The translations under genes were made by a program, and so were the position numbers. From an uncultured virus (IMG/VR IMGVR_UViG_3300042453_001749) (taxonomy: Duplodnaviria > Heunggongvirae > Uroviricota > Caudoviricetes), in IMG/VR virus record IMGVR_UViG_3300042453_001749: a stretch of 64,000 nt of DNA; one strand, 5' to 3'. This document shows positions 6,540-15,800 of this stretch, piece after piece (positions within the stretch are counted from its first letter, which is position 1; each line of letters starts with the position of its first letter). The notes beneath the pieces were generated by a model that had not been told where the DNA came from, ran no database searches, and saw only the letters and a program-made list of their open reading frames with translations.

Positions 6540-7289
6540 ATGTACAACACCACTGGACTTTCTCACCGCGAAGGCGTTAAGAATGAGGACGTTACTGTTC
6601 GTATTCTGAATGAGAAGAAGATTTACCCCGCCACTGTAGAAAAGCGCGGCGGGACTAAGTGTAAGGAAGATGCCGTTGCTGGTTATCAGCGCATCAGCAT
6701 TAAGCGCAAGGATGGTATCACCAACGGATCGTTTGATTGGTTCAACACCAGCGCATACAATGATGTGCTGGGTGATACTTTTGACCACTTCCTTTCCAAC
6801 ATGAAGGAATTGCGTCAGATGCCCGAATCGCTGCGCTCTGATGAAGATTTTGTCCTGAAGATTCGGGATGGTTTCAATGCCCTTTGTGAGTTGGCGTTGG
6901 ATAGTCTTACCTCTGAACAGGTTACTGAGATTCTCCGTCGCGGTTTGATTGATGCTAACTGCGGGTTTGATGTTGTGATCAACGACACCAAGACTTCGGA
7001 GATCTATGTATTCGCTGCAGATCAACATCCTGCACACGATTACATCTCCAACGGTTACTCTATTGTTCTCAAGGGCAACGGTAAGTCCTCCCGCATGATT
7101 TACTTTGTAGATGCGGAGGGTAACGTATACGATTGCGGTCTGCGTTTGCGCGTGACCAGTAACAACGGAATCAATGCATTTCTGGGGACCAGTAAGGCAA
7201 ACCGTAACTCCCAAGTTGTAATTAAGTTGCAACAGGACAAGGTACAACATTTGCTGCGCTCCGTCAAGGCATCAGTGACCACTTACTGA
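6540..7289 (+). CDS. Putative PD-(D/E)xK restriction-endonuclease-like nuclease (start ATG6540)
   Basis: EGVKNE...RGGTKCKEDAV...RISIKRK...GSFDW pattern. Confidence 0.55.
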   Translation: MYNTTGLSHREGVKNEDVTVRILNEKKIYPATVEKRGGTKCKEDAVAGYQRISIKRKDGITNGSFDWFNTSAYNDVLGDTFDHFLSNMKELRQMPESLRSDEDFVLKIRDGFNALCELALDSLTSEQVTEILRRGLIDANCGFDVVINDTKTSEIYVFAADQHPAHDYISNGYSIVLKGNGKSSRMIYFVDAEGNVYDCGLRLRVTSNNGINAFLGTSKANRNSQVVIKLQQDKVQHLLRSVKASVTTY

Positions 7290-7333
7290 ACTGTCCACGA
7301 TTCTCCCCACTGCCCCCCATTCTGGGGCATACT
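7275..7333 (+). promoter_or_regulatory. Palindrome-type early promoter 6
   Basis: GTGACCA-N10-TGTCCAC; CATACT at 7328, same spacing as the other copies. Confidence 0.75.
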
Positions 7334-7390
7334 AAGGACATCGGGGGGAGGGAAGATTCGCCCCCCAAATTCACCTCTACTGAATCGATC

Positions 7391-7546
7391 ATGCGTTACA
7401 TCCCGATGAGCACTTACTCCTTCGATGAGATCGTAGAGCAGTGCCGCAACGCTATCAACAAGGCACCTAAAGAGACCCCCGATTTCTATGATGAGGTTTG
7501 CGAATTTGAAGAGTGGGAGAGTAAGTTCGCAGTCACCGTTTGGTGA
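7391..7546 (+). CDS. Small acidic hypothetical protein (51 aa; not in track)
   Basis: MRYIPMSTYSFDEIVEQCRNAINKAPKETPDFYDEVCEFEEWESKFAVTVW. Confidence 0.7.
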   Translation: MRYIPMSTYSFDEIVEQCRNAINKAPKETPDFYDEVCEFEEWESKFAVTVW

Positions 7547-7596
7547 TCCTGGTTAACACCTTTCCAACCCCATTTCGTGTCGATCACGATTACATC

Positions 7597-7794
7597 ATGA
7601 CCATCCAATCCAAACTCAATTCGTTTATGTCTGATCGGGGTTTCTCCCTGGTCCGTTGTAAGAATCATGCGGTGTGGAAGCATACCTCAGGCGCACAAGT
7701 TGTGACCCCTAAGACTCCTTCCTGCAGTCGCATGTTTAAGAACATTGAGAGGGATATTAATCGCGCACTGAATAGCACTCTCTGCGCCGCCTAA
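7597..7794 (+). CDS. HicA-like small basic protein (start ATG7597)
   Basis: GFSLVRCKNHAVWKHTSGAQVVTPKTPS...KNIERDI fits the HicA alpha-beta-beta-beta-alpha pattern with a His. Confidence 0.6.
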   Translation: MTIQSKLNSFMSDRGFSLVRCKNHAVWKHTSGAQVVTPKTPSCSRMFKNIERDINRALNSTLCAA

Positions 7795-7857
7795 TGTATA
7801 CGGGAACGGCAGCGCCCTAAAAGACTCCAACTGTTCTTTCTTCATTAACACTGACTC

Positions 7858-8007
7858 ATGACTTCTGATCTGTATGTTTCGCTCCTTCGTCAGGGTAGCA
7901 CTGGGAACGAAATTCTTTCGATTCTGGAATCAATTGCTGCTGGCGATGGTGACGCTAACTCTGCTGAAGATTCTGCTGGTCCTACTCTGAATCCCATTGC
8001 GTTCTGA
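7858..8007 (+). CDS. Small hypothetical protein (49 aa; not in track)
   Basis: MTSDLYVSLLRQGSTGNEILSILESIAAG...; followed by a terminator. Confidence 0.7.
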   Translation: MTSDLYVSLLRQGSTGNEILSILESIAAGDGDANSAEDSAGPTLNPIAF

Positions 8008-8015
8008 GTAACACT

Positions 8016-8044
8016 GAGGGGGGCACGAATGCTCCCCTTTTCTT
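8016..8044 (+). terminator. Intrinsic terminator closing the early cassette region
   Basis: GAGGGGGGCA-cgaa-TGCTCCCCTT followed by TTCTT. Confidence 0.8.
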
Positions 8045-8272
8045 ATAGTATTCGTTCTTCCTATTCGTTATCAGCAGCAGTTAAAGTTGCGCCAATTCTT
8101 TATACTTTGGCGGCCGTGCGTATATAAAAGCCTTAACTACCCTAACCTACAAACCTTTGAAAGAGCGAGAGAAATATAAGATCTCTTAAAAAAATTTCTC
8201 ATATATAATACAGCACTTAAATGATTCTCGTAAAAAAAATTCCGCGAAAAATTTTGGGACCAGATTACTTTT

Positions 8273-8434
8273 ATGGAAAGGAAATATAACATATACGCAA
8301 AGGGAACTGCAATTTATACATCTCTAAGCGAAGAAGAATTTCAAAGATCCTGGAAAGATCTCAATAATCTGGTGTCTATTTTTACGGAAGTGAATCGAGA
8401 TGATTTGAGTTACGATGAGATCGTCGCCTCTTGA
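8273..8434 (+). CDS. Small hypothetical protein (53 aa; not in track)
   Basis: MERKYNIYAKGTAIYTSLSEEEFQRSW...LSYDEIVAS. Confidence 0.7.
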   Translation: MERKYNIYAKGTAIYTSLSEEEFQRSWKDLNNLVSIFTEVNRDDLSYDEIVAS

Positions 8435-8459
8435 CTTTCTCTGATATTCTCTCTATAAT
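8431..8459 (+). promoter_or_regulatory. Sigma70-like promoter
   Basis: TTGACT-17 nt-TATAAT; late-like GTAAATA at 8466-8472 as well. Confidence 0.75.
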
Positions 8460-8482
8460 GAATTCGTAAATAGTTTAAACTT

Positions 8483-9253
8483 ATGGCCAAAGGATTTACT
8501 GTAAAAACTACTGCGCCCGCTAAGCAGTCTGCTGAGGAGTGGGACTACGACGCGATTAAAGCGCGTATGCGAGGAAAGTCGATTGTATTCTGTCTACCAG
8601 GCAGAGGTTGTTCTTTCATTTTTCTGAAAAATTTTGTACAACTTTGTTTTGATCTTGTACAAAATCAGATGAGTATTCAGATCTCGCAAGACTACTCATC
8701 AATGGTAAACTTCGCACGTTGCAAAGTTCTCGGAGCAAACGTTCTGAGGGGTCCGAAGCAGGTTCCCTGGGATGGTAAACTGCCTTATGATTATCAACTC
8801 TGGATTGATAGTGATATCGTGTTTACTACAGAAAAGTTCTGGCAACTCTGTGATCTTGCTCTCCCTGCTGAAGGAGATGAGCGCGAAGTCGTCGCTGGTT
8901 GGTACGCTACAGAGGATGGTCACACATCTTCAGTTGCTCACTGGTTGGAAGAAGATGATTTCCGCAAGAACGGTGGCGTGATGAATCACGAAACTGTCGA
9001 TTCACTGAGCAAGCGTAAAAAGCCCTTCACCGTAGACTACACTGGTTTCGGTTGGGTTCTGATTAAGAATGGAGTCTTTGAGAACCTGGAATACCCTTGG
9101 TTCGCTCCTAAGATGCAAGTCTTTGAATCTGGTAATGTTCAGGATATGTGCGGAGAGGACGTTTCGTTCTGTCTCGATGCTATCGATGCTGGATTCAAGA
9201 TCTGGTGCGACCCTCGCGTTCGTGTTGGGCACGAAAAGACTCGCATTATCTGA
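8483..9253 (+). CDS. GT-A fold glycosyltransferase-like protein
   Basis: WIDSD (DxD), TGFGWVLIK, GEDVSFC and VGHEK motifs typical of GT2-like enzymes. Confidence 0.75.
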   Translation: MAKGFTVKTTAPAKQSAEEWDYDAIKARMRGKSIVFCLPGRGCSFIFLKNFVQLCFDLVQNQMSIQISQDYSSMVNFARCKVLGANVLRGPKQVPWDGKLPYDYQLWIDSDIVFTTEKFWQLCDLALPAEGDEREVVAGWYATEDGHTSSVAHWLEEDDFRKNGGVMNHETVDSLSKRKKPFTVDYTGFGWVLIKNGVFENLEYPWFAPKMQVFESGNVQDMCGEDVSFCLDAIDAGFKIWCDPRVRVGHEKTRII

Positions 9254-9402
9254 TGTACAGAATCCTTTACAAGGGTGATGTGATTCATGAGAGCCTCTCA
9301 TATGAGGAGTGTGCAGAGGCTCTCCTTAACCTCTCTGAAGAATTTTATGATTCTGATGGGATGGAATTTGATCCTAATTATATTCAACTGGAGGAAATTT
9401 AA
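9253..9402 (+). CDS. Small acidic hypothetical protein (start ATG9253)
   Basis: MYRILYKGDVIHESLSYEECAEAL...; TGATG and TAATG overlaps. Confidence 0.7.
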   Translation: MYRILYKGDVIHESLSYEECAEALLNLSEEFYDSDGMEFDPNYIQLEEI

Positions 9403-9545
9403 TGGCGCGTAAATCTCTCACTGGAAACAAGGTAGTAATTGAGAGCAAACCCAAGCGAACTCGTCAAGGAACTGGTAAACATACTAAATACTCTGCGAGT
9501 AGCCGTAATGGCGCACGTAAACGTTACAGAGGTCAAGGCAAATGA
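9402..9545 (+). CDS. Small basic protein ending KRYRGQGK (47 aa; not in track)
   Basis: GGAGG SD; MARKSLTGNKVVIESKPKRTRQGTGKHTKYSASSRNGARKRYRGQGK. Confidence 0.75.
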   Translation: MARKSLTGNKVVIESKPKRTRQGTGKHTKYSASSRNGARKRYRGQGK

Positions 9546-9685
9546 GTCAGGTCTTTCAATGGTCTGCAGGACAAGTAAATGGGGGTAATCCCATTACTAA
9601 AACCAGATATGACGGTCCTCCAGGTTATTTTGATGAAACACCACAAACTCAGGAAGAAACTGAGGAAGAAACTCAACCAGAATAA
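9542..9685 (+). CDS. Small hypothetical protein (47 aa; not in track)
   Basis: ATGA overlap; followed by a terminator. Confidence 0.6.
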   Translation: MSQVFQWSAGQVNGGNPITKTRYDGPPGYFDETPQTQEETEEETQPE

Positions 9686-9689
9686 TTTT

Positions 9690-9713
9690 AAAGGGCAATC
9701 TATGCCCTTTTTT
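9690..9713 (+). terminator. Intrinsic terminator
   Basis: AAAGGGCA-atcta-TGCCCTTT followed by TTT. Confidence 0.75.
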
Positions 9714-9730
9714 AATGCGCGTTTATCTCT

Positions 9731-10198
9731 ATGACTTCCGATTTTCTATCAAAGAAAGAATACATTCTTGAATGGATCAAGTTTGTATCGGGCAAAAGAC
9801 CAGAACTTGATGGATTTCCCATTTGTCCCTATGCAGCAGTAGCGAAATATGAGATCGTAGAGTGCTCAGCAGCAGAAATTGAACCGATTGCTGGTAAAGA
9901 TGTAGTAATTTATATCATTGAAGATGAATTTACCCTACCTGAAGTTCAAAAGTGGGTAGATTTCTATAACGAAAAGCATGAACTCTGGGATTTTTTTGAA
10001 GATTGTGCTTCTTATAACACTTTCATCAATGGAGTTCAGACAAATAATGGAAAATATAACTTAATTTTAGGTCAACCTAAGGAAAAATTGAAAAAATTTC
10101 GTGAACAATTAGCAAAAACAACCTATTACACTCACTGGGACAAGGAATATTTGAAAGAAATACTCGGAAATGACTATGATGAATTGATTTCGGGATAG
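9731..10198 (+). CDS. Hypothetical protein (CPYA motif)
   Basis: 155 aa ORF. Confidence 0.75.
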   Translation: MTSDFLSKKEYILEWIKFVSGKRPELDGFPICPYAAVAKYEIVECSAAEIEPIAGKDVVIYIIEDEFTLPEVQKWVDFYNEKHELWDFFEDCASYNTFINGVQTNNGKYNLILGQPKEKLKKFREQLAKTTYYTHWDKEYLKEILGNDYDELISG

Positions 10199-10244
10199 CA
10201 ACCCCGTAAAAAGTTCTGATTTTCATGAAATCAGGAGCAAAACA

Positions 10245-10499
10245 ATGTTTAAACGTACCGATAGGGACTCAAATTACATGCGTGAGATGTGGGGAACTGC
10301 CCACTTAACAAATGATTATGGTTGGGACAAAGAAATCCAAGACAAAAAAATGCTTCGTGAGATCTCAAACGATGATCTCACTCCAAAAAAGCATAATTTC
10401 AATGTTCAAAATGAACTTCATGCGAAAATTCGTAATGATGAAGACTATGATGATTGGGAGTATGGGACAGAACCGCTTTACGAATCAAAAAATCCCTAA
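10245..10499 (+). CDS. Hypothetical protein
   Basis: 84 aa; AGGAG SD. Confidence 0.75.
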   Translation: MFKRTDRDSNYMREMWGTAHLTNDYGWDKEIQDKKMLREISNDDLTPKKHNFNVQNELHAKIRNDEDYDDWEYGTEPLYESKNP

Positions 10500-10505
10500 T
10501 AAATA
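10498..10505 (+). promoter_or_regulatory. T4-type late promoter
   Basis: AATAAATA 20 nt upstream of g25. Confidence 0.7.
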
Positions 10506-10525
10506 AGATAGAATTATAATATTCA

Positions 10526-10927
10526 ATGCCCGTAGAAAGAGTTAGTCGATCTTTCAGAGATGTAAGTATGACGTTTCAGGTTAATCCTTTAACGAAAGAC
10601 TTCATTCAACTTAAAAATGAGAGTGCGATTGCACGAGCAGTTAGAAATTTAATTCTCACTGGTCGTGGTGAAAGATTTTTTGACCCAATCTACGGGTCTG
10701 AAGTTAAAAAATTATTATTTGAAAACGTTGATGTAGAAACCGCCATTACTTTACGTGAAGAAATTCGTTTAGTAATTGAAAACTATGAACCGAGAGTTGT
10801 TGTTAATGATGTAATTGTTACTCCCGACGTAGATAATAATCAGTTTTTAGTTACAATTGATTACAGAATCGTAGGAATTGATGTACCGCAACAAGAGTTA
10901 GAATTTGCATTACTACCAACAAGATAA
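10526..10927 (+). CDS. g25: Baseplate wedge subunit gp25
   Basis: GERFFDPIYGS...LLFE...IENYEPRV signature; sits before g6. Confidence 0.9.
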   Translation: MPVERVSRSFRDVSMTFQVNPLTKDFIQLKNESAIARAVRNLILTGRGERFFDPIYGSEVKKLLFENVDVETAITLREEIRLVIENYEPRVVVNDVIVTPDVDNNQFLVTIDYRIVGIDVPQQELEFALLPTR

Positions 10928-12853
10928 ATGCCACTAGTAAATTTTACAAATTTAGATTTCGATCAAATCAAAGCATCTCTTAGAGAATATCTAAGAGCGA
11001 ATTCCAATTTCACCGACTACGATTTTGACGGATCAAATTTGTCTGCTATTTTAGAATTATTAGCATATAACACTTACATCAATTCTTACAACGCTAACAT
11101 GGTTAGCAATGAAGTTTTTATTGATAGTGCTACCCTTAGAGAAAACGTAGTTTCTCTTGCTCGCAACATCGGGTATGTTCCAAGATCAAAAACTTGTGCG
11201 AAGGCAAATATATCTTTTACAGTCGATACGGCGGGATTTAATCTAGCAACTCGTCCAGTTACTCTTACCCTACAGAAGGGTATGTCCTTTGTTTCTCAGT
11301 CATCTTTTGTAGATAATTATACTTTTGTTGTACCAGAAGATATTGCAGTTCCAGTCGTAAATGGAGTTGCTTCATTTTCAAATGTTGATATTTACGAAGG
11401 GACTTTGCTACAGGCAAACTTTACAGTAGATTCTACTCAAGTAAATCAAAGATTTATTTTAAACAACGCAAACATTGATAATAAAGTTCTATCAGTCTTT
11501 GTAAGAGACAATCAGCAAAGTTCTTTTATTCGTAAATATAAACTTGCTGAGAATCTTTTTGGTGCGACATCATCATCAAGAATATTTTTTATTCAAGAAA
11601 TAGAAGATCAGAGGTATGAACTTATCTTTGGTGACGGTGTGTTTGGTAAGAAGTTAGAAAATACCAACTACATTCAGGTAAATTATCTTGTAACAAACGG
11701 ACCTGTTGCGAATGGAATTGATGAATTTGATTACATCGGTAGAATTGTAGATAACAATGGTAATATAATTACTTCTGGAATAAGCGTTATATCCACGAAT
11801 AATCCAGCTCAGGGTGGAGATGATATCGAATCTGTCTCATCAGTTCGTAAGTATGCGCCAAGAACTTATGCAGCGCAGAATAGAGCAGTTACAGCAGCAG
11901 ACTATGAGGCATTGATTCCACAAATTTATACGGATACTGAATCAGTTTCTACATTTGGTGGGGAAGACGTAGATCCTCCTCAGTATGGAAAGGTTTTTAT
12001 AGTGATCAAACCAAAAACTGGAAATTACCTTCCAAATAGTATAAAAGAAAATATCAAAGATAATATTAAAAAATATAGTGTTGCAGGTATTATACCAGAA
12101 ATTCTTGATCTAAAGTATTTGTATATCGAAACGTTTTCAACTGTTAATTATGATACAAACCTTGCTCCTGGAAATGAATTTATAGAATCTCTTGTAACCG
12201 ATAATATTTCAGCATATGCGAAGTCAAGCGAATTAAATAAGTATGGTGCGAAGTTCAAATATAGTAAATTTTTATCTTTGATAGATAATAGTCATGAATC
12301 AATTACATCGAACATCACAAATATTCAGATTAGAAGAGACTTTACTCCAGTATTAAACAACTTTGGTGAATACGAAATTTGTTTTGGTAATGAATTTCAG
12401 GTCTTAAATTGTCGTGGGTTTAATGTAAGAACCTCGGGATTTAACGTTTCTGGTATTGCCGAAACAGTTTATTTTACAGACCTTCCTAATAATGATGGAG
12501 TAACTGGAACTATATTCTTATTCAAGTTAAATTCTTCAACAAGCTTTGTAGTTTTAAGAAAATCTATTGGAACTATTAATTATGTTAAAGGTGAAATAAA
12601 CTTAAATCCAATTAAGATTACTGGAACTAAGAAGTTTAGAGGAGACAACATTATTGAAATTTCAGCAGTTCCAAAATCAAATGATATTATTGGAAAACAA
12701 GATCTTTATTTACAACTAGATATTAGTAACAGCACAGTAGTTGCTTTACCAGATGACATTTCATCAGGTAATGATCCTGCAGGATCCAATTACTATACTA
12801 AAAATTCATCTTTACTTTCAAGTTATTCAGCTGGGAACATCGTAAGACAGTAA
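10928..12853 (+). CDS. g6: Baseplate wedge subunit gp6
   Basis: LDFDQIKASL...FTDYDFDGS...FIDSATLRENVVSLAR; QNRAVTAADYE. Confidence 0.92.
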   Translation: MPLVNFTNLDFDQIKASLREYLRANSNFTDYDFDGSNLSAILELLAYNTYINSYNANMVSNEVFIDSATLRENVVSLARNIGYVPRSKTCAKANISFTVDTAGFNLATRPVTLTLQKGMSFVSQSSFVDNYTFVVPEDIAVPVVNGVASFSNVDIYEGTLLQANFTVDSTQVNQRFILNNANIDNKVLSVFVRDNQQSSFIRKYKLAENLFGATSSSRIFFIQEIEDQRYELIFGDGVFGKKLENTNYIQVNYLVTNGPVANGIDEFDYIGRIVDNNGNIITSGISVISTNNPAQGGDDIESVSSVRKYAPRTYAAQNRAVTAADYEALIPQIYTDTESVSTFGGEDVDPPQYGKVFIVIKPKTGNYLPNSIKENIKDNIKKYSVAGIIPEILDLKYLYIETFSTVNYDTNLAPGNEFIESLVTDNISAYAKSSELNKYGAKFKYSKFLSLIDNSHESITSNITNIQIRRDFTPVLNNFGEYEICFGNEFQVLNCRGFNVRTSGFNVSGIAETVYFTDLPNNDGVTGTIFLFKLNSSTSFVVLRKSIGTINYVKGEINLNPIKITGTKKFRGDNIIEISAVPKSNDIIGKQDLYLQLDISNSTVVALPDDISSGNDPAGSNYYTKNSSLLSSYSAGNIVRQ

Positions 12854-12854
12854 T

Positions 12855-15800
12855 ATGACCAATACAAGAGTAAAAATCAGTTCAATTTTAGAAAGTCAGC
12901 TTCCAGAATTTATTAGAGAAGAATTTCCTCTAGTAAAGGAATTTTTTACTCAATATTATGAGTCTGTCGATCATCAAGGAGCCCCTGTTGATATACTTCA
13001 AAATATAGACAAATATGTTAAGGTGGAGGAGATCACTAATCTCACTCAAAGTACAACCTTAAAAAATGATATTGAATATTATAACACTACGATTGATGTA
13101 GAATCTACGCAGGGATTTCCTCAAAAGTATGGTCTTCTACAAATTGATGATGAAATTATTACATATGGAAATAAAACAGATACTTCCTTTATAGATTGTT
13201 CCAGAGGATTTTCTGGAATAACCTCCTATAGAAATGGAAACACTTCAGAAAATTTAATATTTTCAACATCTCAGGCAAGTTCCCATACTAAAGATTCTAG
13301 AGTTAAAAACCTGAGTGTAGTATTTCTCAATGAATTTTTAACAAAGGTAAAGAAACAGTTTTCTCCAGGATTTGAATCCAGAACACTAGATCCAAATCTA
13401 GATCAGAATTTATTCATAAAGCAATCAAAAGATTTTTATTCATCTAAAGGAACAGATAATTCATTTAAGATTCTTTTCCAGGCACTTTACAATAAAAACG
13501 TTGAAATCATAAAGCCTAGGGAATACATGTTTAGACCCTCTGACGCTCGTTACAGGGTCACCAGGGACATTATAATTGAGCCTATTAGTGGAGATCCCCT
13601 ATCCCTATTAAATAAAACTTTGAAGCAAGATGTTTCTGATTATTCTTCAAAAGCTTTTGGATCAATTGCTTATGTTGAAAAGTTTACTAAAGATAGTAGA
13701 GACTATTACTATTTGAATCTTGACTATGAATTTAATAAAGATATTGATCTTTCTGGATCAGTATTTGGAAATTTTTCAATTCACCCAAAAACTTCGGTTA
13801 TTAATGTAGATACAATTGCATTAGGTAGTAATACCTTGGATGTTGATTCTACTGTTGGGTTTCCAAATTCAGGATCTTTAATCCTAACTGGGTTTGTTTA
13901 TGATGATGGGGAGTTGGTAGGTATATTTGATCAAACTGTAACATACGGGTCCAAAACTTTAACTCAATTTTTAAACTGTCAAAATGTACCCGAACTCATA
14001 AAAACTAACAAATACGAAGTTAGAATTGATGATTATGCGTATGGAACCAATGATGATGGGGAACAAGTTACAGTTAGAGTGTGTGGATCCTTAAGTGATA
14101 TTGAATTAGAGACTAACACTTATTTTTATAATTCGGGCGATGATATTACAAATATTGTTCTTGGTCAATACAAACCTGGAGTAAAGGAAAATGATTGGTT
14201 AGTAAACCTATCAACTACCTATAATGTTCAAAACATTGTAGAAGATAGTAACATACCAACGTATAGAATTACTACTTATGATTCAAATAGCATTTCACGA
14301 TTTGATAATGTAAATTTAAATACTACTACTGGATTAAGTATTGGAGCAAAAGTTATTAGTGTCTTAGACAGTAGAACTTTTATGATTGGTGAATTATCTT
14401 CTACGTCTTTCATTGTATCTACAGTTGAAAGTGTAACTAGAAAACTTTCTAAAGTAGAAACTTTTGGAAATCAAACTATTGGTAACTTTAGTGCGAATGT
14501 TCAAAATGTTTATTTTGATAATGATGATGTTTATGTTGCATCCCCATCTTTACCAAAATATGAAGAAAGATTAGACATTAGATCGTTCAAAATTAGCACA
14601 GTTTCTGGAAGTTATCAGGATTCTGAAAGTCTTACTGTTAATTTTCATCCATTCTATACTGGGGATGCAATTTATTACAGTGGAGTAAGCACTTCAAATA
14701 GACTTAACATTTTAGACGGTGTTTATTTTGTTAAAAAAATAGACGACAAAACTGTTAGGTTAGCGAAAAGTAGATCAAATATTGATAATAATATTTTTGT
14801 ATCCATTACTGGGGACATTACAAATAATATTATTGAACTTCATGAATTTAAATCTCAAACATTAGAACCACAAAATCTAATTAGAAAAATATCAACTCCA
14901 ATAAATGATACTAAAACTTATCCCACAGAATCTGGATTTGTAGGGATATTGAAAAATGGTGTTGAGGTTTTAAACTATAAATCTAAAGATTATGTTTACT
15001 ACGGTAATATTGAAGATGTTGAGGTTACATCTTCTGGTAAAAATTATGATGTAATCAATCCTCCAATTCTAACGATTTCTGATAAAGTTGGAACTGGAGC
15101 AAGCGCAGTAGTTTCAGTTACTGGGTCACTACAAGAAATTCAAATTATAGATTCTGGTTTTGATTATATACAAGAACCAGTGATTTCTATTTCTGGTGGA
15201 AATGGAAGTGGGGCAAGAGTCTCTGCAAACTTATTGTCTGTTGATCACAAAGTTACTTTCAATTCTTCTGGTTTATCAACGTCTGTTGACGTTATTAATA
15301 GTATAATTGGATTCACCAGTTATCATAAGTTTAGAGATGGTGAGAAAGTTGTATATGAAACAAATGGGCAGACGGCTGTTGCTGGTCTTGTAACAAACTC
15401 AACATATTTTGTTTCGGTACAAACTCCATCTTCAATTAGACTTTATAAAACTTATAATGATGCTATAGCAAAATCTTCAAATTATGTTGGTATAGGTTCA
15501 ACTTATGGCGATGGTAATCATACATTTAGAGCATCTTTGAAGAAAAAGGTAATATCTTCAATTAATGTTGAAGATGGTGGTAGTGGATACTCTTCAAACG
15601 AAACTATTATCAATACTTTAGATCTCAACTCATATAATGATGTTATATTTTCAGATGATCTTTTAAGAATTAAAAATCATGGATATGAAAGTGGAGAAGT
15701 TGTAGTATATAATCCACCCGCATCTCCGATTGGTGGATTATCATCCACTTCTTATTATGTTACTAAAATCGATGATAATCATTTTAAACTATCACAAGTA

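Noticed and set aside
4607..7250. Long minus-strand ORFs 4607-5374 and 6501-7250
   Set aside because: Antisense shadows of the + strand genes, with no motifs or expression signals
3479..7298. Early palindrome as a canonical CRP (TGTGA-N6-TCACA) or NtcA (GTA-N8-TAC) site
   Set aside because: Arm sequence and spacing (7-10-7, 24 bp) match neither consensus
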